Below are positions 1 through 9,000 of a stretch of 64,000 nucleotides of DNA, one piece after another (the stretch's first letter is position 1; every line of letters starts with the position of its first letter). The stretch comes from an uncultured Verrucomicrobiota bacterium (GTDB lineage: Bacteria; Verrucomicrobiota; Verrucomicrobiia; Limisphaerales; UBA1319), in assembly GCA_964409245.1 (NCBI GenBank), contig CAYPCQ010000005.1, positions 30,879 to 94,878 of the forward strand. The letters are read 5' to 3'. The translations under genes were made by a program, and so were the position numbers. The notes under the pieces were generated by a model. That model saw only the letters and a program-made list of their open reading frames with translations. It did no database searches and was not told the DNA's origin.

Positions 1-1
1 C

Positions 2-88
2 CAGGCCCAATACGGGGTGGTGGTCCCCCTGGATGTCTTCCTGGATAGCCCAACGGTGCAGGCTATTGCCGCGTATGTGCAGCGGAGT
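2..88 (+). other. C-terminal helices of a carrier protein (PCP/ACP) whose start lies upstream of the window
   Basis: ..VPLDVFLDSPTVQAIAAYVQRS resembles the last helices of thiolation domains (compare ..LFEHQTIRSLAGYFL in the ACPs of this cluster). The Ser attachment site is not in the window. Confidence 0.45.
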
Positions 89-3000
89 ACCGGCCAACCG
101 GCGATCGGTCTGCCCCAGGATGCTGCCTCCGATGGTGGAGGCGGCGCCTTGCGGGGTGATCAATCAGCCCAGTTGTCCACGATTTCCCTGGCAGCGGCCG
201 GATTCAAGGATGAGGCCTATATCCAAGGCGCGGCGATCCGCCAGTTTTCGGGCCAGCCAGTGCCGGGGGAGGCGCTCGGGCGATTGCTGACTTTGCTGGG
301 GTGCGATGCGCGCCGCAGCGGCCCCCAATACCTTTACTCCTCCGCCGGTGGATTGAGAGCGGTCCAGACTTGCCTCTTCATCCGGGAGAATCGGGTCGAA
401 GGGATGCCGGAAGGATATTACTATTATCACCCCGAGGAACACCGTCTTTATGCCCTTGAGCCGGGGCCGCGGATTGGGGCTTCCGTGTTTGAACCCTCTG
501 ACCGCGAGGCGTTTTCCAAGGCGGGTTTCGTCCTTTTCCTCATCGCGCAGATGGATGCCATCCAATCCATGTATGGCAATGCAAGCCCGGTGCTGGCGGT
601 GGTTGAGGCGGGGTATATGGCGCAAGCGCTGATGGAACATCAGGTGAGCTTTGGATTGGGCCTGCGCCCGGTTGGCTGGATTGAGTTCGAAGCGATTCGC
701 GGAGGTTTCCAGCTCGAGCCAGCGCATCAATTCATCCACTGTTTGCTGGGGGGAGCGGACGCCGGCCAAAATCAGGAGAACGAATCCGGTGGGGCGGTGG
801 ATTGGGCGGGCAGGAATGCTCCGGAAGCTCGCGCAAATGTTTTCCCAGGCCCGGAAGCAGGGGCCTTCACCCAATTCCTGCAGGCCGAAGGCATGGGCGA
901 TGGCCTGCCAACCCCGGAGCAGAAAGAGGAGCTGCATCGGCAGAAGCTCCATTTGCGGCGTTTCCCGCCCGGCACGAAGACCATTGCTCTGAAAACATGG
1001 GAGGCCGATGCGGGTTATTATCGGTTGCGATCGGCGAAGCGCGTTTACCGCGATGCGCCAGTCGCCTTTGAACGCTTCAGCCGGTTCATGGCCCTGCTGG
1101 CAGCGGACAGCCGGCGGGGATTTGCGCGGTATTTGTATCCCTCCGTGGCCGGCCCGCATGCGCTGAAGGTGTTTGCCTATATCAAGACCGGCGGTGTGGA
1201 GGGCATTCCCGGGGGTTTGTATCGTTACGATGGCTCCCGGCACCAGCTGGAGCGGGTGGCGCCTGCCCTGTCAGCGGACTTGAAGTCCTGCTATACTCCC
1301 TTCAACCGGAAGCATTATCAGTCCTCGAAATTCTGCCTGTTCCTGGCCGGCCCCACCGCCAGCCTGAAGCCATTATTGGGCGGGGACAGCACCTATTTCT
1401 CACTGCTGGAATCCGGTTACATCGGGCAGTTGTTGCTGGACCGGCAGGCGGAGTTTGCCGTGGGGGTATGCCCGATCGGAGGGATGAGATACGAGAAGAT
1501 CCGGGAAGATTTCAAACTGGATCCCGAAGATGTGTTCCTGCACAGCTTCGTCGGTGGCGAAGTCGCTCCGGAATGTCCGATACCGTGGGATCCGCTGGCG
1601 ATTGGGCAGGATGCGCCGCAGCCGGTAGCGAAGCCCGCAACCGGGGAATTGCCCCGGCCACCGGCGCCTGTGCGCGAGGCCATCGCTGTGGTGGGCATCA
1701 GCGGGCGGTATCCCGGGGCGGAGGATGGGCCGGCGCTGGCCAGGAATCTGAAAGCGGGCAAGAGCAGCTTTAAAGAGCTGCTTTTCGATCCATCAGGCAC
1801 TTACCGGACTGGCCAGGGGGCCAACGGACACCCACCGGCGTTGCGCCATTGGGGCGGATTCCTGGAGGAGGTGGATTGTTTTGATTCTTTGTTGTTCCAG
1901 ATCACGCCGGCCGAAGCCCGCACGATGGATCCGCAGGAGCGGTTGCTGCTGGAGGCGGCTTGGGGATGCCTTGAAAATAGCGGTTACACCGGCGCGGAGT
2001 TGAATCGCACCGCCGGCCGGGTCGGGGTGTTTGTGGGCGCCATGTGGGATGACTACCAGCATTTCCGCCCCGCGGTTTGGCCGCCCGTCCAGCCGGGAGA
2101 AGCCGTATCCGCGCATCATTCCTCGATCGCCAACCGGGTTTCGTTTTTCTTCAATTTCAAGGGGCCGAGCGTGGCGGTGAACACCTCCTGCTCCTCGGCC
2201 TTGACCGCGCTCCATTTTGGCTGCCAAAGCCTTGCCACGGGCGAATGCAAAGCCGCCCTCGTGGGGGGGGTGAACCTCATGGCGCATCCCTATCACCAAT
2301 GGGTGCTATCGGCCTCCGGGCTGCTCAGCGCGGATGAGGAATGCCATCCCTTTGGCCTGCAAGCCAATGGCTGGGTGGCCGGGGAAGGGGTTGGCGTGGT
2401 CCTCCTTAAGCCTTTAAGCGATGCCGTGCGGGACGGGGATGCGATTCGGGGCGTGATCCTGGGGACCGCGATCAGCCACAGCGGCCGCACCAGCCGTTAT
2501 GGCCTGCCGGGCGCGCAGCGCCAGGCGGAATCGATGAGGGAGGCGCTGGAAAAAGCGGGTCTGTCCGCCAGTGACATCAGCTACATTGAGGCGGCCGCGC
2601 CGGGCGCGGGGATGGCGGACGCCGCGGAGGCCGCCGCGATCAAGGAAGTTTTCGGCGCCGGGGGCGCGCGCCAATCAACCATCCATGTGGGGAGCCTCAA
2701 GGCGAACCTCGGCCATTTGGAATCCGCCTCGGCGATGTCGCAACTGGCCAAGGTTCTCCTGCAATTCCAGCACCGGGAGATTTTCCCCACCCTCCAATTC
2801 CAGCCCGCCAATCCCTTGGTGCAGTGGCAGCATACGGTGTTGAAAATCCCCGGCGCGGTGGTTCCGTGGACCGTGAACGAGGAGGGCGGCCAGGTTCGCC
2901 GGCGCGCCCTGATCAACGCCTTTGGCGCCACGGGTTCCGGCGGGCACCTGGTGGTTGAAGAATACCAGGCCCCTGGGCCGCCAGACTGCACGGCGGAGAC

Positions 3001-6000
3001 TTTGATTGTGCTATCCGCCGCCACCCAGGGCCAGTTGGCGGCCTCCGCCCGGAGATTGTGTGATTTCCTGGCGCAACCCGATTCCGACTCGGCCCCGATT
3101 GCGGATATTGGCTATACCTTGCGCGTGGGGCGGGAGCCGATGAAGATGCGCCTCGCCTTGGTGGCGCACTCACGAACGGAGCTGCGGGAAGGATTGGAGG
3201 CATTCCTGGCCGGTACTCCAGCGTTGCCGGGTGTTTGCAGCGGAGAAGCCGGCAGCCATCCCGGCGGAACCATCCTGCCGCCGGATGGGCATCCCCTGGA
3301 GGTTGCTGCGAAATGGGTTGCCGGAGCTTGCGCCCTGGGGCCGGGGAAGGCAGACCCCAGCCATCGGCGGATTCCGCTTCCGGGCTACTCATTTGCCAGG
3401 GAGCGCCATTGGATCGGTGCGCACGCCGCCGGCGGTGGCCAGCCTGATGCAGCCCCCGCTGCGCTTCGGCCAGGAATCGAGACCTATCTCAAGGAGTTGT
3501 TCTCGCAGGTCACGGAAATTCCCCGCGCCCGGATTGAACCGCAAGCCATGTTCGATTCGTATGGCATGACTTCGCTCATGGTGCGACGGCTGAACGGCCT
3601 TTTGGAGCAGGATTTTGGCAAGCTTTCCGCCGCTCTGTTATTCGAACGGCAGACAATCGGTGACTTGGCCGATTATTTTCTGACGCAACATGCCCGGACC
3701 GTAAAGTCGCTTTTCCCGGAGGCGGCCGCGCCGTGCCCTCTGCCCGTGGGCAAGCCCGAAATGAGGCGGGAGACGGTTCCGGCTGGCCCGCCTGCCCCCA
3801 GCCAGCGGGCAAGGCAGGAACCGGAAATCGCAATAGTCGGGGTCAGCGGGAAATATCCCAAGGCGGCGAATGTATCCGCATTTTGGGAAAACCTCCGGAA
3901 CGGGATCGACTGCATTTCGGAAATCCCCGGTGAGCGCTGGGACGACGCGCGGCTCCAGGCGGAGGCCGGCCGGCATTCTCGGTGGGGTGGATTCATTGAC
4001 GGGGTTGACGAGTTCGATCCATTGTTCTTCAGGATTTCCCCCCGGGAGGCCCAGGAAATGGATCCCCAGGAGCGTCTTTTCCTACAGGCTGTCTGGCATG
4101 TGTTTGAGGACGCCGGTTATGCCCCCTCTGCCTTGAGCCGCCAAACCCGGAGCCGGATGGGTGTTTTTGTGGGGGTGATGTATGGCGAATACCAGATGCA
4201 CAGTGGCTGGAACGGGAAGGAGGGCGATGGCTTGGTGGTGAGCGCGCTCTATGGCTCCATTGCCAACCGGGTCTCCTATGTGCTTGATTTCCACGGCCCG
4301 AGCATGGCGGTGGACACGCTCTGTTCCTCGTCGCTGACCGCGTTGCACCTGGCTGTGCAAAGCATTCGTGCCGGGGAGTGCGAGGCGGCAGTGGTGGGCG
4401 GGGTCAATGTTTCGATCCATCCCAACAAATACCTGCTCCATGCCCGCATGGCGATGTCCTCCTCGGACGGGCGGTGCCGCAGTTTTGGGAATGGGGGAGA
4501 CGGATTTGTTCCCGGGGAAGGGGTGGGCGCCATCCTGATCAAACCGCTGGCAGATGCCGTGCGGGATGGGGACCAGGTGTATGCCGTCATCAAAGCCACC
4601 GTGATCAACCAGGACGGGAAAACCCATGGGTTCACCGTGCCGAATCCCAATGCCCAGGCAGCCATGGTTTCCGAGGCCATCCGGCAAGCGGGGGTGGATT
4701 CGCGGCGGATCAGCTGCGTGGAAGCGCATGGCACGGGCACCGCCTTGGGGGATCCCATTGAGATCACCGGATTGACCAAAGCCTTCCGCGAATTCACCTC
4801 CGACAAACAGTTTTGTGCGATTGGCTCGGTCAAGTCGAACATCGGCCACCTGGAGTCGGCGGCGGGAATGGCCGGCCTCACCAAAATCCTCCTGCAAATG
4901 CGCCATCGGAAGCTGGCGCCTTCCTTGCACTCCAGGGATTTGAATCCGGAAATAGAGTTCCAAGAAACGCCCTTTTTTGTGCCGCAGACCCTGGCGGATT
5001 GGGAGCCGCCACGCGTTGAAAAAGAAGGCGCCGTCCAATCCGGACTGAGGCTGGCCTGCATCTCCTCCTTTGGGGCGGGCGGTTCGAATGCGCATGTCAT
5101 CCTGGAAGAATTCGCCGGCGGGGATCACGCGGCCGATGCCGGTGGGGCTGGGAGGCCACAATTAATCGTGCTTTCCGCCCGGGACAAAGACCGGCTTCGT
5201 GAAGTGGTGGCACAACTGCACGAGTTCATCAGCAGCAATCCGGAATATCGGCTGGCAGATCTGGCGGGCACGCTGCAGGTGGGCCGTGAAACCATGGAGG
5301 AGCGTCTGGCTTTCGCCGTCAGCTCGCGGGCGGAGCTGGCGGAGAGGCTCCAGGCGATTTTGGACGGACGGGAAGATCCGTCGATCCATCGCGGCAGCGC
5401 GGAGCAGAGGCATGCCTCCCTGCATTGGCTCATGGAGGATGAGGATCTCCAGGCGGCGATCAGTTCCTGGATTGACAAAGGCAAGTATGACCAACTGCTC
5501 AAGGCGTGGGCGGCGGGGGTGAAAGTGGATTGGCGGGGCTTGCCCGGCCATCGCCCACGGCGCCGAATGAGCCTGCCCGGTTACCCTTTTGCGCGCGAAA
5601 AATATTGGGTGCCCAAGCGCCCCGCCGGGCTTGGATCACCCAGCCTTCAGGCGCCCTGGCTGCACCCGCTGCTGCACCGGAACACGTCGGATCTATGGGA
5701 GCAGCGATTCAGCTCCGCGTTCGATGGCCGCGAGTTTTTCCTGGACGAACACCGCTTGCGGGGGGAGCGCGTGCTGCCCGCAGCCGCCTGTCTGGAATTG
5801 GCCCACGCCGCGGTCGGATTGGCGGCCGGCGGGCAGGCGGGCCAGATACACCTGAGTAATATTGTTTGGGTCCAGCCATTTGTGGTTTCCCCCCAAGGCC
5901 GTGCCATTCACGCCGGCTTGCAGCCTGAGGGGCAGGGCGGACTGCGGTTTGAGATTTATGCTGAAGGGCCATCCTCCCCCCGGTTGGTCATCAGCCAGGG

Positions 6001-9000
6001 CCAGGCCAGCTTCGGCAACTCCGGCCATCCGCCCGAGCTGGATTTACCGGCTTTGCGGGATCGCCTGCCGCAGGCTGATCTTTCGCCTGCGCAATGCTAT
6101 GAAGCATTCCGATCCTTCGGGCTGGAGCATGGGCCAGCCTTCCAATGCCTCCGGGAAATCCGCCGGGATGCCGAAGTCGTGCTGGCCAAAATGGTCCTTC
6201 CGTCTTCGGTGGCGGCCACCCGCGCCGCTTATGTGATGCATCCGATCCTCCTGGATGGATTATTCCAGGCGACGCTCGCGCTGGGCGAGGCCGGATTATC
6301 CGGCAATGCGGCCCTTCCCTACGCGCTGGATGAGCTGGTTTGTTACCGCCCCTGCGCCGAGGAGATGTGGGCCTGCGTGCGCCGCAGCGTTCCGAACGGA
6401 TCCAAGCTGGACTTGGATCTTTGCGACGCGTCCGGGAAGGTCTGTGTTCGCATCAAAGGTTTCTCAACCCGCACCTTCGAGCCGGCGCCCGCGCCCCGGG
6501 CCACCTTGTATCGTCCCGTCATGCGGGAAAAGGCTCATGCAAAGAACGGTTCCGAGCCTTCCTGGAGCCGTTATTTCCTGGTCACATGCGGCCTTGACGC
6601 AGAGGCCACCTCCGGCCTGGCGGCAGGGTTGAGCGGAACCGCCCACGTGATGCTGGAACCGGGCATTGGGGATTGCGCCTCCCGCTATGAGGCGGCCGCG
6701 GAGCAGCTTTTTGAGCTGACCCAGCGGATCTTGTCGGGAAAAATGGCCGGTGGGGTGCTGGTTCAGTTGCTCATTCCAAGCGCCGCCGAAACCATGGTTT
6801 ATCGCGGCCTCAGCGGATTGCTGCAATCAGCGCATCATGAAAATCCGGATTTCACCGGACAAACCATTGAGCTGGATGCGGGCCAGGGCGCCGCAGAGGC
6901 CGTCAGGATCGTGGTGGAGAACCGGTTGCATCCGGAGGATGCGCAAATCGCCTGCCAGGCGGGCCGGCGGAGTGTGTTTTCGTGGGAACGGCTTTCAGCC
7001 GCTGAACCTCCGTTCAGGATCCCCTGGAAAAAGCAGGGGGTTTACTGGATCACCGGCGGCGCCGGCGCACTGGGATTGTTGTTCGCCCGGGAGATTGCCT
7101 CCCAGACCGGATCGTGTGTCCTGGTGCTCACAGGACGTTCCGTTTTAATCCCGGAAAAAATGCAGGTGCTCCGCGCCTTGGAGCGTCCGGGAGTGGTGGT
7201 TCAATACCGGACGGCGGATGTCGCGGTTGCCACCCAAGTGCAGGCCTTGGTGCAGGACATTGTCAGGGAGCATGGTTCACTGGATGGGATTTTGCACGCG
7301 GCCGGCCTGGTGCAGGACAACTTCATCCGCAAAAAAACGGCTGGCGAATTTGGCAGCGTCCTGGCGCCGAAGGTGCGGGGAACGATTTGCCTGGATGAGG
7401 CGACCCGCGGAATTGCCTTGGATTTCCTGGTCCTCTTTTCATCCACGGGGGGCGCCATGGGGAACGCCGGCCAGGCCGATTACGCGGCGGCAAACGGCTT
7501 TCTCGATGCCTTCGCTGAGCTGCGGAACACTCTGGTCCGGGCGGGGCAGCGCCAGGGATATACCCTCTCGGTCAACTGGCCGCTTTGGAAGGACGGGGGG
7601 ATGAAAGTGGCCGCCGGGATGCTGAAGATGCTCACTGCCCAAAGCGGCCTTGAGCCGTTGGAATCCGCCTCCGGCCTGCGGGCTTTTGCGGAGGCGTTCA
7701 ACTCCGGCTTGAGCCAGGTAATGGTGTTGCCGGCGCACCGGGAAGCGCTGGCCGTCCCACCGTGTGCGCCCTCCTGCCAGGGCGCTCCGCAGCCGGCCCC
7801 GCCCGCCCGTGCCGGATTCGATTCCGCCGGGCCATTGCCCGAAAAGGCCCTGCGCTTTTTCCGGACGCTCCTGGCTTCCACCATTTTATGCCCGGTGGAG
7901 CGCATCCAGGTGGACGAATCCTTTGACTCGTATGGCATCGATTCGGTGATGGTCATGCAGATGACCAACGAATTGGAGAAATCATTCGGATCGCTGTCCA
8001 AAACACTTTTCTTTGAGCATCAAACCATCCGGTCGCTGGCCGGGTATTTTCTTGAGAACCGCAGGGAGGCCCTGCTCCAGCTGTTCGATGAGAAACCAAC
8101 GGCCGCGGTGGCGCCGCCGGCTCCGAAGGTTCCGGGCTGGCGTTTGGGCCTGGCCGCCAGCCTTCCGGCTGGGATTTCCGGCGGCCAACCGGCGGCGCCA
8201 GCGGAGGCCTTGGACATTGCGGTCATTGGCCTGGCTGGCCGTTACCCGCAGGCCAGGGATCTGGATGCATTCTGGGAAAACCTCAGCCAGGGCCGGGATT
8301 CCATAACGGAGATTCCCGCGGGCCGGCGGGACTCGAAGCGGTTTTTTGATCCGATTTGGGACAGCCCCGGCACCCATTTTGGCAAACGGGGCGGTTTCAT
8401 CGATGAGGTCGATGCCTTTGATCCGTTGTTCTTCAACATCGCCCCCCGGGATGCCCGGCACATCGATCCGCAGGAGCGGCTTTTCCTCGAAACAGCCTGG
8501 GCCGCCCTGGAGGATGCGGGATATCGCCCCCGGGATGCCAGGGGCGGTCCCGGCCCCAGGCTGCCTTCCCAAGTCGGCGTTTACGCCGGGGTCATGTATT
8601 CTGAATACCAGCTATTTGCGCACGAGCAGACGCTCGGGGGCGAGCCAACGGTCGCTGGCAATATTTACGCCAGCATTGCGAACCGGGTCTCCTATTTCCT
8701 GGACCTGCATGGGCCGAGCATCACGATCGATACGATGTGTTCCAGCTCGCTCGCCGGTCTCCATTTGGCCTGCCAGGATCTGAAGCACAAACTGACCGAT
8801 ATGGCGCTCGCGGGGGGCGTTAACGTGACGATTCATCCCAACAAGTATCTCCTGTTGAGCGAGGGGCACTTCATTTCCGGCCAGGGGCGTTGCGCGAGTT
8901 TCGGTGCGGGGGGGGATGGGTATGTGCCGGGTGAGGGGGTGGGCGTGGTGGTGCTGAAGCGGCTGGCGGAGGCCATTCGGGATGGCGACCATATTTATGG

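Noticed and set aside
2263-2270. G8 homopolymer runs (2263-2270, 46125-46132, 48124-48131) as possible slippage or phase-variation sites or sequencing-error hotspots
   Set aside because: Each encodes the conserved Gly-Gly of a KS (VGGV) or KR (IGGGG) motif, and the frame is intact on both sides. This is expected from Gly codon choice in GC-rich DNA.
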